A stretch of DNA of 64,000 nucleotides, taken from the NCBI RefSeq assembly GCF_009914755.1, contig NC_060933.1, one strand, 5' to 3'. Numbering within the stretch: the first letter of the stretch is position 1; each line of letters starts with the position of its first letter. The translations under genes were made by a program, and so were the position numbers. This DNA comes from the human T2T-CHM13v2.0 reference genome, Homo sapiens. Below the pieces are notes generated by a model. That model searched no databases, was not told where the DNA came from, and saw only the letters and a program-made list of their open reading frames with translations. Positions 26,068 through 40,800 of the stretch are shown piece after piece.

Positions 26068-27036
26068 CTGTCCTCAGACTCTGGTATCCACCTGTCTTCT
26101 TGACATCTCCACTTATATTTCTAATGGACATCTCACATTTAAGTATCTACAATGACTATCTTTCTACCTGTGGCATTCTCTGTCTTAATTAAGGAAACTC
26201 CATCCTTCAAATTGTAAAAGCCTAAGCCTCAGAGGCATTTGACTTCTCTTTTTTTCTCATACACCTCATCCAGTTCAGCAAAGAATCTTGTCTCTACCTT
26301 TAGAATATGTCCAGAATCTAATCAGTCCTTATTCTACTTGATGCCACCACCTATTTTGAACCACCGTCTTCTCCTACTTGAATTGCTGTAGTTATCTCTA
26401 TATTTATTCTTTTGCCACTCTCTAGCAGTCAAAGCAGTTCAGTAAAAATACAATTTGGCTAATGTCCTTCTTCTGCTAAAATCTCTGTTGTCTGCCCCTC
26501 TTTCAGAGTTAAGGTCGTAGTCTGTTAAATGACCTCTAAGGTCTGACATCATCTGGCCCTCGTTACTTTCTCTCCTACCGCCTTCACCCTCGCTTCTCTG
26601 GTCCAGCCACACTGGCTCATTGGTGTTTCCCATCCACCAGGCACACTCCTGCCTCAGAGCCCTTGCATTAGCTGTTTCCAAGGTCTGGAGAGCTCTTCCT
26701 CCAGATACACCCAAGACAAATTCCTTCAGCCTCCTTTAAATCTTAGCTGAACTGTCACTTTGTTAATGAGGCTGGCCCTCTCCATCTTATTAAACTAGGA
26801 CTCCCACTACTCCCAACACCTCTTCCCATTGTTGTTTCCCATGGCACCTGTCACCTAACAAATGCTGGAACTTAATTATTTATTACATTTATCATTTAGT
26901 ATCTGTCTGCCCTGACTATAAAGTATACTTCTCAGGGGCAGGGGTCTTTGTTTTTCTCAATGAAACATCCTAAGAAACTAATGTAATGTCTGACACATAA
27001 TAAATACTCAATATTTATTGAATAAACAAAAAATGA
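26068..27036 (+). mobile_element. L2a 3' region (~1 kb)
   Basis: cttgacatctccactt...ccagccacactggc...cacactcctgcctcagagcccttgcattagctgtt...gtctgacacataataaatactcaatatttattgaat. Confidence 0.88.
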
Positions 27037-28194
27037 ATTTAAAAATGCATGTTACATTGGACCTTTCTAATAAAACCATGCATAGCTACCTTGCTTCTCC
27101 ATTCACTCTTGGCTAGCCACATGAGGGTTACAAATTTGTACTAACTCTATCTTTTGCTTTAATGCTTGATCATTTAAAACTTTAACCTCTTTACACTTCC
27201 TTTTAATACACTAGTTTGCAACATTGTCCTAAATATAGCATGCACCATTGCAATTAAATCCATCATGAATGTATTGTTATCTGAAGCACAAAAATAAATT
27301 CCTATAGAAACATCTAGCAGGTAGGGCTGGATTTGCTCTCACTTGATGAGTTTCATAAGTTATCTTTCTATTTGAAAGTCAAAAGGAATCACTTGCATCT
27401 TGATTAAAAAGAGCCGTAGCTTCTATTCAGAAATGGAAAGACGGACAACAATTCTGGTTCACTCAGTGATTCTTGCTAATGATCAGATTTGCTGCACAAG
27501 GATTCCAACCTTGCCTAAGAAGATGTGTATGGAAAAGGAGGATCCAGTGTGAAATCTCTTTCTATTTTGATTTAAGATGCTGAGCAATAAACAGTCCTTG
27601 AAGCTACCAGTATCCAAGGACACAGGTCCAGTGTTTTCCACCTTGTTTGAATATTCAGTTTAGGCAACACATGGCAGCTGGACTCAATCCTGTTGTTAGG
27701 ATCATCCCTAAATGAAAGTGCCCAGTCATTACTCATGATCTGATTGGTATGCTCACAGAAGTGGGCCAACCAGCTTTCAGTCTGAGATTGCCTTTAATGG
27801 GGGAGAGGGAGAAGACTTTGGAACTCAGAGGCAGAAAACAAAGATAAACATAGAAACAGCATGGCCAAGTATTAGAATCATAGAATGCAGATGGGACAAT
27901 TTTATCCTTCTACACTCAGCCCTAGGATTAGGTGGGACTTAAAAACCTGCAATGTCATCTGCATTGTCAGTTTGACACAGAGTAGAGCCAATTGCTTATA
28001 AACTCCTCTAAACGCATATGCCTTTATTCGAAATTGTAGTTGATTTGAAGGTAGCGCTATCCCTAAGTTGTCTAATATCCCTGTATTTTTTCACTAAGAC
28101 AGAAAATACCGCAAAGCATGTGATTTCCACTTAACCAGTCCCTTGACTTTTAAATTCATAGTATTTTAATGCAGCAAACATTTGTTATTTTTGA

Positions 28195-28420
28195 GGGGAC
28201 AGTACAGAGAGGTTGAGAGCATGGACTCCAGAGCCAGCTTGGCCCCTTCACATACTGATCATGTGACTCTGAGCAAGTTACTTAACCTACAATTTCTTCA
28301 TCTGTAATATGGGAATAATCATTGTATCCATTTCATTAATTTGTGAGAACGGTATGAACTAATATTTTAAAATGGGCCAGAACAGTAATAGAAAACATGA
28401 TGTAAGAAGTTGTTATTATT
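28195..28420 (+). mobile_element. MIR
   Basis: ggttgagagcatggactccagagccag...tgtgactctgagcaagttacttaacct...ttcttcatctgtaatatgggaataat. Confidence 0.8.
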
Positions 28421-28512
28421 AAATTAACACTTCTCATCAAGATGCTCTTATTTTGGATGTAGGCTAGGCATTGTGATTTCTACCTATGAATTAGGTCTTC
28501 CCTTCCTGAATA

Positions 28513-28810
28513 TTTTTTTTTTATTTTTATTTTCTTGAGAGATGGAGTCTCTCTCTGCCACCCAGGCTGGAGTAGAGTGGCGTGATCTCGGCTTACTGCA
28601 AACTCCGCCTCCCAGGTTCAAGTGATTCTCCTATTCTCCTGCCTCAGCTTCCCAAGTAGCTGAGACTACAGGTGTGTGCCACCACGCCCAGCTAATTTTT
28701 GTATTTTTCAGTAGAGACGGATTTCACTACATGTTGGCCAGACTGGTCTCAAACTCCTGACCTCAGGTGATCCGCCCAGCTTGGCCTCCCAAAGTGCTGG
28801 GATTACAGGC
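28513..28810 (-). mobile_element. AluSx-like, slightly 5'-truncated, with 8-bp internal duplication
   Basis: Antisense dimer ending ggattacaggc; attctcct duplicated; TSD cctg(a/c)atattttt. Confidence 0.95.
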
Positions 28811-29197
28811 CTGCATATTTTTAATATGAGGTTGCTTTCCTTCTTTAGTATGATGTACTACAGAGCAGGTGGAGGGCTGCTTTTACTACTGTAAATCATT
28901 ATCCTGTTTCTGCAGGAGTCCAGGGTGGGCTGCTGAATTAGGAGAGTATACAGTAATAAGGTTGCCAGGCGTGGAGGTCAGGGTGTATGTCTGAAAGGAG
29001 TTGCTGGCTTCACTCTCACCCTTTGCCAAAACTGCTCAATGAGTAACAGAAACCAAGACAGAAAGACATTGATAAAACATCCGAATCTATTACATAGCAT
29101 GGTCTTTTAACTTTGGGAGATCAAAATATTCTACTAGAAAAATCTCATGAGCTCTAGGAACACACCACTTTTCTATGAATTCATTATATATAGGCCA

Positions 29198-29710
29198 TGT
29201 ATTTGTTTCCTCTTGCTGTGCAACAAACTTACCCCAAATTTGCCAGCTTAAAACAACGAATTTTTGTGAATTCATGATTTGTGAGATTCACGGAACTGGG
29301 AGCAGCTTAGTTGGATGGTTCTGGATCAGGCTCTCTCTAGGGTTACAGGAGTGGGCTGAGGCTGCAGCCATCTGAAAACTTGACTGGGCCACAGGATACC
29401 CTTCCAAGTTCACTCACATGGTCAATGACAGGAGGCCTCAGTTTTTTACCACATGGGCCTCTCCATGAGACTGCTCTCAACATGGCAGCTGGCTTGGCCC
29501 AGAGTGAGTGATTCCAGAGAGCATACAACAGAGCCCAAGATGGAAGCTGTAGTGTCTTTTATAACCTAATCTCAGAAGTGGCACAGCATCTGTTTTGCTC
29601 AAATCTGTTCATCACACACCATTCCTGGTACAATACAAGAGGGGAATGGAGGAGGTGTCAGGACTAGAGGTAGGAATTGTTGGGGGGGACCCTGGAGGCT
29701 GCCTACCACA
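29198..29710 (-). mobile_element. MLT1 (F/G-like) MaLR solo LTR
   Basis: TG...CA termini (tgtatttg...gcctaccaca); cagcttaaaacaac, ggctgcagccatctgaa, catggcagctggctt. Confidence 0.88.
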
Positions 29711-29894
29711 GCCACATGGAACTTTCTAAGCAGGGATTTGTATCCCCTTTTTATGAATTAGGCTGTAGTCATAGAACAGTCTGAATTAAAAATAAAATGA
29801 AAAAGTTCTGTGTAATACCAGGTATTCTTCATTAAACATTGTGTCCATATATGCATAATATTATTTCATGTGTGTACACACACACAAAAAAACA

Positions 29895-30003
29895 CATATA
29901 AGAAATGCAGAAATTAGTTCTGCTCAAACTTACTGAATCAGAATCTACATTTAAACAGATACCCAGATAATTTATATATAAATTAAGTTTAAGAAGCATC
30001 AGT
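29895..30003. mobile_element. MER5A-like MITE fragment
   Basis: agaaatgcagaa...cttactgaatcagaatctacatttaaacagatacccagataattt...aagtttaagaagca. Confidence 0.6.
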
Positions 30004-31071
30004 GTAAGATAGACTATATTTCAAATGTTTTTAGTCATGTAATTTAATATACCCTGAAAATTAATTATGGAACAGAGCTAACTAAATTACCTATTATTAA
30101 TACATTAATGTTTGATGCTGAATCTCTCTATCCACTCCCTTCCCCACCCTCCACCCTAACCCCTTCCTATATAGACTCTACACAGAAATACAGTTTGGCC
30201 CCAGAATGTGGAAGTCATACCAAAGCTTTTATTTATTTTTTTTCCCCTTACAAGAAAATAGGTGGAGTACTGCAATGACATTTTAAAAAACCGTAGTTTA
30301 AGATAAGGTTTGTTTTTATTGATTGCAGATGGTAAGAGACTTCCAAAGGATACAGTTGGCTCTAGGAAAAAGAAATCGTTTTGAAAATCATCAACTGGTA
30401 TTTGCAAAATGTCATCAGGGACTTTCTTTTTCCCTCACCTAAAACAAATACAGACAGTTCTACATAAAGAGAAAGCTGTGTGTAAAAGCCAGCCATGTGT
30501 TTGAAATGATTCCATTTTTATAAGACATTTGAAGTACCATGACAGTTACACCGACAAAAAACTCAAACTAATTTGTTTTTGTGGTATTAATGAATCTGTA
30601 TTGGTCTTGTTGGCACTGAGATTGAAATACCCACCCACAATTTCATTATAGGGTCAGTCCCTAAAGGGGAAGCCTTGAAGTAAAGGCATTATGCAGTCTG
30701 TAGCTTATTAAACAAGCCATCAAAATGTATTTTTCTCCAATTGCAAAAGTAATGCAAACTCATTGTAGAACACTTAAGAAATACCAACAACTATAAGGAA
30801 AAGTTATTTGAAATCCCACTGAAAAATAACTACTAAAAGAGATAATTTTTATTAATATTTTGACTTATTCCTTACTAGTCTTTTTCTATCATATGTCTGA
30901 TATTTGTAATATATAAACACATATCATACAAGAGGGAAATGTCTAAGACTCCTCCTATGAGGAAAGAGAAATTAAAATGATGGTGTATTTTTACCATGCA
31001 AACAGAAATTCTGAAATTGTGGTGAGTTTCCTGGTGACCATTTCTGCTACTTGTATACTACCAAACTGACT

Positions 31072-31537
31072 CTGCACCCATCACCATTCTTAAAACTCTT
31101 CAGAAAATTTTCATCACCTCCAAAAGATCCCTTGTACCAATTTCCCATGTCCTCCTCTACCCAGCCCCTAGCCACCACTGACTTACTTTCTGTCTCTGAA
31201 CCAGACATAAAAGGCCATATATCAGATTATTCTATTTATATAAAATGTCCAGAATAGGCAAATAGGAAAATTTGCCTTCCTTAGTAACTGCCTTTTATGA
31301 TATGTGACCTGGTGAAAGTTTCTTACAAAGTTAAACTTGGAGTTTGACATGGAGTCCATTTAAACATGGAGTTTAGTGTGGCACAGCAATTCCTTTTCTA
31401 GGTATATACCAAAAAATTTAAAACTATGTCCACACCAAAACTTATAAATGCATGTTCATAACTCCAATAATAGTTAAAAAGTAGAAACAGCCTACATATC
31501 CATGACTCATGAATAGATACACCATGTGGTACATCCT
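31072..31537. mobile_element. Rearranged L1M (MB/ME-like) 3' fragments in both orientations
   Basis: Antisense 31072-31197; sense 31198-31263 and 31310-31537. Confidence 0.75.
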
Positions 31538-32004
31538 GGAGAGCCTCTGCAACAGCAGCAACAGGAAACACAGATGATGGGTGAGCACCAGATGGTAGAG
31601 TCAAGAGTTTAATACGCTGAGGCAAGAAGGGTCAGTTAATCACTGGCAGAAGATCAGGGCCCAGGACTTTTGCTGTTTCTATGGATTCCTCCTTTCTCTT
31701 AGAATGAGAAATGACAGCCTTATGGTGAAATTTTTTAGCTGTTTATCATTTTCATAGATCTGATTCTACTAGTGTGATTTATGCTAAGCATAAATGGCCT
31801 AAGTTTTCTGTGGTTTTTTTGAAGAACATTGGAAAATAAGCCTACAAAATTCTGATTTTATAATAATGGTTCAGTCCAAAATAAAGGAATATATTCATAG
31901 AGATTAGCTGAAATTTTGGAGGATGAGTTACATACATCTTCTTTTCAGCGGTGCTGGTACTAATTCTGTCTGGAAGAAGCTGTACAACTGGGCAGGGCAG
32001 GTTG

Positions 32005-32273
<269 letters not shown>

Positions 32274-32814
32274 TAAAGATATATTTTACCATCACTTTTC
32301 AAGCTTTTTGTCATGTGTGACAACAGAAAATTGAATTTCTTAATCCACTTACATTGAATTTAAAATCCACTTAGGAAAAGCTGGCTTCAGGTATTAGAAT
32401 TCTTAACTCCTAGTAACTAGATATTCTAGCATATTTCATCTTCCAGATTGCATTGTGATTATAACAAGACACATTTTATGCATTTCAGTTTTCATCACAA
32501 GTTGGCTGAAAATCATGTTATGTACAAATATGACTTGATTCAATACAATTTATTGTTTGGGTATAATTTGAATTAGAAAGCCATTCTGTGTGCCTCTTAC
32601 TCACTTATATTATGCTATTATGCTTTTGACATTAGAGGAAATACACTTATTTAAAATCCTCACAGATCCCAGAGCAAATGAAGAGATTTTGTTCTTTTAA
32701 AAATTGGAAGTAGTCTAGTTTTCTGATTGTATAATAACAATGTAATATATATTGTCTTTATTATTTATACTCACATACATAGATCACCTTTCCTTCAGAG
32801 ATCTCAGATAACTT

Positions 32815-33827
<1,013 letters not shown>

Positions 33828-34289
33828 GAACATGCCTGTTATATGTGATATAGTGAGTATATAAAAATAAGGTCATATTTGAACAGGTGTTTTTAAAAAG
33901 TCATTATTTAAATTGGAATTTCTGAGTGTTCAAGATGATTTCATTGAGAGAAAAAAAATGGAAAGCCATTTTAAGGCAAGGTATACTTGACTCCTTTGCA
34001 ATTCAAAAGGGAATTTTTAAGTTCAAATATTTCCTCTTATTTCAAATATTAGTTTTCTGGTCCGAAGTGTTTTTTCTTTCCTTTGAGAATGTTAAGGAAA
34101 ATTCTTAGTGTCCAATGCCAGAAAATACTGTTGAGGGTAAGATAGGAAATAGAATTTTCTGTTTTCTTAGGAGTTTGTTGGAGTGACTCATTCACCCAGT
34201 TTGGTATTGCTAGGAGAGGAAAATATTTCACATTCTTAAGGCAAGTCCCATCTCTTGCTGTTAAAAAACAAAACAAATTTAATGAAAGT

Positions 34290-34659
34290 TGTATTAGTCC
34301 ATTTTCACACTGCTGATAAAGACATACCCAAGACTGAGCAATTTACAAGAGAAAGAGGTTTAACTGGACTCACAGTTCCATGTGGCTGGGGAGGCCTCAC
34401 AATCATGGTGGAAGGCAAGGAGGAGCAAGTCGCCTCTTACACGGATGGCAGCAGGGAAAGAGAGAGCCTGAGCAGAGAAACTCCTGTTTTTAAAACCATC
34501 AGATCTGGTGAGACTCATTCACTACCATGAGAACAATGCTGGAAAGACCCACCCCCATAATTCAATCACCTCTCACTGGGTTCCTCCCACGACCATGTGG
34601 GAGTTGTGGGAGTTAAATTCAAGTTAAGATTTGGGTAGGGACACACCCAAACCATATCA
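34290..34659 (-). mobile_element. THE1 MaLR solo LTR
   Basis: tgtattagtccattttcacactgctgataaagacataccc...aaaccatatca; 5-bp TSD aaagt/gaagt. Confidence 0.95.
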
Positions 34660-34975
34660 GAAGTCCAATTTATTTATTTTTTTCTTGGTTTCTTATGCTT
34701 TTGCTGTCATGTCTAACAAAGCATTACCTAATCCAAGGTCATGAAAATTTATACATATGTTTTCTTCTAAGAGTTTTATAATTTTAGCTTTTAATTTAGA
34801 TCTGTGATCCATTTTGAGTTACATTTTCTGCATGGCGAGATAAGGGTCCAACTTAATTCTTTTGCATGTGGACCTCTAGTTGTCCCAACCGACTTTGTTG
34901 AAGAAACTATTCTTTCCCCACATTTAATTAGCTTGTCACCTTTATTGAAAGTCAATTAACCACAAATGTAAAGAA
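34660..34975 (-). mobile_element. L1MB-like, continuation of the 32815-33827 element
   Basis: gaagtccaattt...cctaatccaaggtcatgaa...ttttcttctaagagttttata...ttctttgcatgtgga. Confidence 0.88.
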
Positions 34976-35099
34976 CTTTTCTATATTGCATCTTTTTTCC
35001 ACACTGCTGACAGTAATTATTCCAAACTGTAGATTTGCTCATTTTTCTGCTACTAAATTTCTTCAAAGTCTTCCACGGACTCTGACAACAGGACTAAAT

Positions 35100-35395
35100 C
35101 TGGCAGTATGCTGAGAAAGGGCAGGGGCTCTGGAATCAGCCATAGTTAGTTTGGAATCCAGTTCTACTTCTTATTGAAATTGTGACCTGGGACAAATTAT
35201 TCAATTGCAACTAGAGTGTGAACATCATGCCAGTAGGAACCCTGCCTGACGTACCTGCCACCAAAACCTCAACACCGTCATGGAGCTGACACATCACTCA
35301 CATTCAGAATGAGTCTAGTTTTCTCATCCTTAAAATGAAGATTACTGTAACTATTTCACAAGATTCTGGTAAGTATTAAATTCTGTAATATACTC
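35100..35395 (+). mobile_element. MIR interrupted by a probable L2 tail
   Basis: ggctctggaatcag...tgtgacctgggacaaattattcaa[~100 nt]agttttctcatccttaaaatgaagatt. Confidence 0.6.
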
Positions 35396-36709
35396 CAGTG
35401 ATTTTCTTTAACAATTATCTTAAATACAAAATACATTCAGAAAAGTACACAAATTGTAAGTATAGTGAATCATAACACCGTGAACATGTTTGTGTACCCA
35501 CCATCCAGATCAAGTATCCCAGAATCTCTCTCACAAATTCCTTCTTACCACTATTCCCATTTCTCTTCCTTATAAGTAACTCATTCCTTTTAAGATTTAG
35601 TTCCAGTATTACCCTCCTCCCGGAAGTCCTCCTTTATCCTTCTATTTAGGGTCCAATACCTTTCTATATGCTTTCAAAGCCCCTTTGGCGTTGTCTTTAT
35701 CACACTGTACTGCAGCCATCTGTTTACTTGTCTACCTCCTTACTTATTGTTGCATGCACCACACGTGGCAGAGTGTCCACCACTTGTAGTAGGCTTGCAA
35801 TAGCCACTTGGGGAATAAAATCAGCTGATGTCATTTGGAGCCTGCCAAAACTACAAATATTTAATTTTGAACTATTATTATAATACTTTGGAAATCTTAA
35901 AGCAGTGGAAGTTTGGCACAGTAACACGGAGATGGAGGCAGACAGGTTAAAATCATGACTTGGGTAAATCTAGTATTGAATAGTTATCCAAACAGGTCTG
36001 TAGTTTTTAATTAGTTATCTCTAAATCTTTGAAAATATGTCTATGCTTATGCCTCTGGATGCAAAAACAGTATGTTGAAAACCCAGATTGCAACAAATAG
36101 TTGCAGTATGAGAAGATAGAGGGAGTTTCCTACACAACATTTTTTAGTTTATCATCGGTGGTAAGCATCATCGTAACCAGTATGCCTTCTGCCAGCCTGG
36201 GTGGGGAAGGAGAAGTGATGAGGCAGATCTTCCAAACTGTGTGTCCGTCAAGATGCTGGGCAGCCAGCAGGGAGGCAGCTAGGAGTTGTAAAGACAGCGT
36301 TTCAGTGTGTAACTGGGAGCTCATTGTTAATGGTGTGTGACATATGGCACAGCTGTGAAGGTTTTGTGCCAGGCAGGATGAGCTAGTGCAAAAGCATGTG
36401 GAGACAACCAGGCCATTTAGACCTGAAGAGAAGCCTGTGCTTCAAGTAGGAAGAAAACAGGTGATAAAAGCCATTTGCCTTCATAGCATAGAGAAATAAT
36501 TGTGATTAACTACCTAGACCACCTGATGGATTACACTGTACTAGATCCCTGAGACACCACTTTCTGATGTAATGGTCATGTAAAATGACTATGGGTGTGG
36601 GCATACGTGAATGGAGTGGGAGTGGATTGGAGAAAAAATTAATGAGAATTTTTAACAAATGGAGTGTGTGGATCTGTGTGTGGGGTGGTGCATGCATAGA
36701 CACATACAC

Positions 36710-36710
<1 letters not shown>

Positions 36711-36755
<45 letters not shown>
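36711..36755. repeat. (AC)22 microsatellite
   Basis: Direct read. Confidence 0.97.
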
Positions 36756-36756
<1 letters not shown>

Positions 36757-37599
36757 CACATGCTTTAATAGAAGGAGAATACTAACATTTTTACCAGTGC
36801 CAAAATGTTCCTCTAGCTTGGTGGGCTTGAAAAGTGATACATCCAGTTTAGACATTTGGCAGGCTGCATGTGGAAAGTTTTCACATCTTGTCAACCTTGT
36901 TTTAAGGAGTCTTTGCTGTCAGCACTGAGAAGGTTAGTGACCTTGGGAATGGGTGGGGAAAAAGGGGAGGTGTGTGTTGGTTTGGCAGCACACAGATAGT
37001 AGAAAATGGTCACCAGGAAACTTGCCATGTTTTGGAAGTATTGTTTAAAGCAAAGACTACCGGCATATCATCATTTCCATTTTGTTTTCCTCTCCTGATA
37101 GAAGTCTTTCATATGTTTGTCTCATGTTTCTTTGCTTAATGTGGCATGTAGCATGTTAAGATAGGACCTTGACCTTTTCTTAGAAGAGGCATTTGCAAAT
37201 AGATTAAAGCTTAGGTGGTTGATAATTTTAGATGCTTTTCATTAAGAGATAACAGATTGCCTGTTGGTTGCTCAGTTTTATGTAAATTTTTGTCTAACAA
37301 ATGACTAGTTGCATAAAGTTGCCAAATAGTTTGTGATATACTGAGTCAGAATTTTAGTTAGGTAGAAAGGCTTCTGGGTATGCAAACTCTCAAATGCATG
37401 TGAAATTTTGGGAGAATTCTATTAGACTGTAATTTTCATGGGATCTGGTAATAGATAATCAGAAAATTGCATTTTATTTCCTCTTAAGCTATCAATGGAC
37501 CACCAGGGTAATGAGATTTGCATTTATAAACACAGCACCAATGATAGTATTTCTGGACATCTTCTTTGTTGATAGAAACAGCTTGAAGTTGCACAATAA

Positions 37600-37843
<244 letters not shown>

Positions 37844-40800
37844 CGACAGTTTGAACTATTGAGTATGGTACATGAATCCCCGTCTCTAATGAAATAGAGA
37901 ATCACTAGGATTCTAGAAATTCAGTAATTCAGCTATGAAACAGAAATTAAGGATCTCTCTCTCCCCCCTTTTTTTCAATTCCCATTCCCTCTTCCCCATA
38001 TTGTTCCAGTAAATAAGTAAGAAAGTAGGTATTTAGGCTAAAGCACCCTTATAAACATAACCCTTATAAACAATAGCAGAAAGAAGGTGGCCATAGAAGG
38101 CTTTTGTATATCTTTTTAGAAGAATATCAAGGTATAAAATATTTTCCTTTGAAAAAGAAAGAACCTATATTTTGCATGCATTATAATAAAAACATAGAGG
38201 CAATCTATAAAGTCTTCTATAAAACAGACTGTAATACATTAAAATTATGTCTCCCCCACTTTTCCAAACAATTGCAGAAATTTCCCATTTTAATAACACC
38301 TTATTTTAGCAATGGTATAATCTGTTTTATATCTATGTCTAGTGAAGAATAAACTCTGGTCAGCCTAGCATAATATTATGATTAAAGGAGACAAAAGGCC
38401 TACCTGCTAAATATATCTTTGCCTCTGAACACAATTCTGACTGGTGTTAAACTGAGAAATCCTAAAAGTCTCTTTTGAATGCTAATATGCTTCCTGGGAG
38501 TCCATATTATCAGGAGTGAGGTTCGGAATTGCAGGCCAATAGAGCTAGAGGAGAGCTGGTAGACATTTTGCACTATGTTCTTTTTAAAAATAAGAACATT
38601 GCAGCCCAGAGGGGAGTAATGGTTCTTTCAAGGTCACATGGTTTGTTGATGCCAAGTTGAAGCTGGATACAACTTTCCTGAAAGAACTCAAGGCCCCTGA
38701 GAAGACCTGCTTACCTCACTTTAGTTCTTTCCTAATTATCTTTTCAATATCATCCCTTTTCTGTGGGTTTTTATCTGTTAATTCTGTCAATTCACAGATG
38801 CAATGTGGGCCCATAAGCAATAAGACATAAGAAGAGATAGGCTTTGTAAACTTGTATATGTTTATTAAGTTAATCTTATTTAAAATGAAGTAACAAGATA
38901 TTAAAGTACACCATGAACAGAAAAACAATTTTCCTTCATATTAGAAGAGAATGGATGACGATTAAATTCCTTTTCAACCCTGAGATTCTGTAACGCTGAG
39001 AGTCAGAACTGCAAAATGGTCAGAGCATAGGGTTGTATTTGGTGTGTCTTGCACGGCCAACAAGGAAGTAGCCTGAGGTCAAGAAACCTTCCCTTGTTCC
39101 CCAGGGAAACAGGGAAGCAGGTAAAGGAAAGGAAAGCTTAACTGAGAAGATGCTTTTAGTAACTGGTCCTTGTCTGCACTTGTTACTCTGAGCTGCCCGC
39201 TGCCAGCCTACATCAGTCGCATGCACTGGGAGTCTTGGTGAGGCAGCATGTTCCTGAGCTCAAGTTGCAGGCACTGCCATCCCCACTGCATGGGGCCCTG
39301 TCTCAGAGAGAAAAGAATGTGAAGCCCCACTTCCTGTGGAATCTTTGAGCCCCCTGCTAACTTCTTGCCATCACAGTAACCTCAGCTACTTATGCTTCTT
39401 GTCTCTCCTTGCTCCACAGGCCTCCCTCTGCCTTCACAGGGGCATTTTCACCTCGCATTAGTCATTGCGGGAAGACAGGAAGCACCATACCTATCAAGCA
39501 GCTCCTGCTTTCTGGCCTGGAAGAAACTATTAAGAATCAGGCCATGTTCTTGAAATGGAGAAAAGCATTTCAGGGAGAACAAATGTAAATTAATATTTAA
39601 TAAGCACTATGACTACATTCTCATTTCCCAGTTTTTATTTCCTTAATCCTTTTAACTGGCTGTCACAATGACATTTCTGATGAAAATTTGACCAATTATT
39701 TATGCACATCTGTTATGCCCTTTTGGGTAGAATGGAGCATTCTTTCAGTTGTCCAAGGAGGGTCCAGACTTTCATAGATCTGATTGCATGATTTCCTGTA
39801 AGTTCATAATTTATCTTTACAGAGAGAAGCTAGCAGGTTTTTAAAAGACACGGATTATGTCTTTTAGATGGCCAGGAAAATACATTATTCAAGTATTTGG
39901 AGCATTTTAGGAATACAAACTACCAAATAAGACATAAAATTCAGCATTCCCACCAGACACATAGGGAACTTTTTTTCTTTTTTTAACAGACTGTTGCCTC
40001 CTCCAACTCCCTTAGGATGCCGTGAACAATCACTTTCTCTGCTACAGCCTTAGAACATGAGCAGACACAGCACAAAAACAGGGCAGTCCACCAGTGGTTT
40101 GGCAGCTTAAGTATCCATCATCAACTTTTCTGGACTTTCTTGAAAAGTAGTTGCCATTCCTGACTAGTGGTTTTACTCATTTCTATTGGAAACTAAAATC
40201 TGGGTGGGCTGGAATCCTCAAGAGCATGTTAAGAAGCCAGATAAATCAATGTCCCCATGGTATAACTAATCCTAAAAGTAGAAAATCCTTAGAAATAGAG
40301 TATGGCTCAATCTCTGCCATCCTCGAGAAAGGCCCCATTTGGTTCCAAATCTTGCATTCTTTCTACTGTACCACTCTACCTAAAAACTAAGTCTTGGTGT
40401 CATTGGCTATCTTTGGGTCTTACTTATTTTGAGTAAGTTATTTAAGTAAGTTTTGATAAGTTATTTTAACTTTTTGTGCCACATTTTATGGTATAGTAGG
40501 TCACTTGGGGATTCTCTGAGAACAAGACCCAAAATTATACCAGTATTTCTATAGGAAATTTGTCTTCAAATAATATTGTTTTAAATAAAGCTGGCATCTC
40601 CAAGAACATGACCACAGCATTACTGAAGTCAAGGTTGTATGAGTGCTGCAGGGTCCTGAGGCAGAGGTGCCATCACTGTTTGGGAAGGTTTCTTAGAGAT
40701 GATTAGTCTCGTATGATGAGGGCATCAGATAATGCAAGGGTTAATAGAAATCAAAGAGGAGTTTCTTTTCCGAGATTTCACTTTGAGCTTCCAAGATTAC

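Noticed and set aside
36506-36928. ORFs with CV or TH repeats
   Set aside because: Translations of the (AC)n microsatellite.
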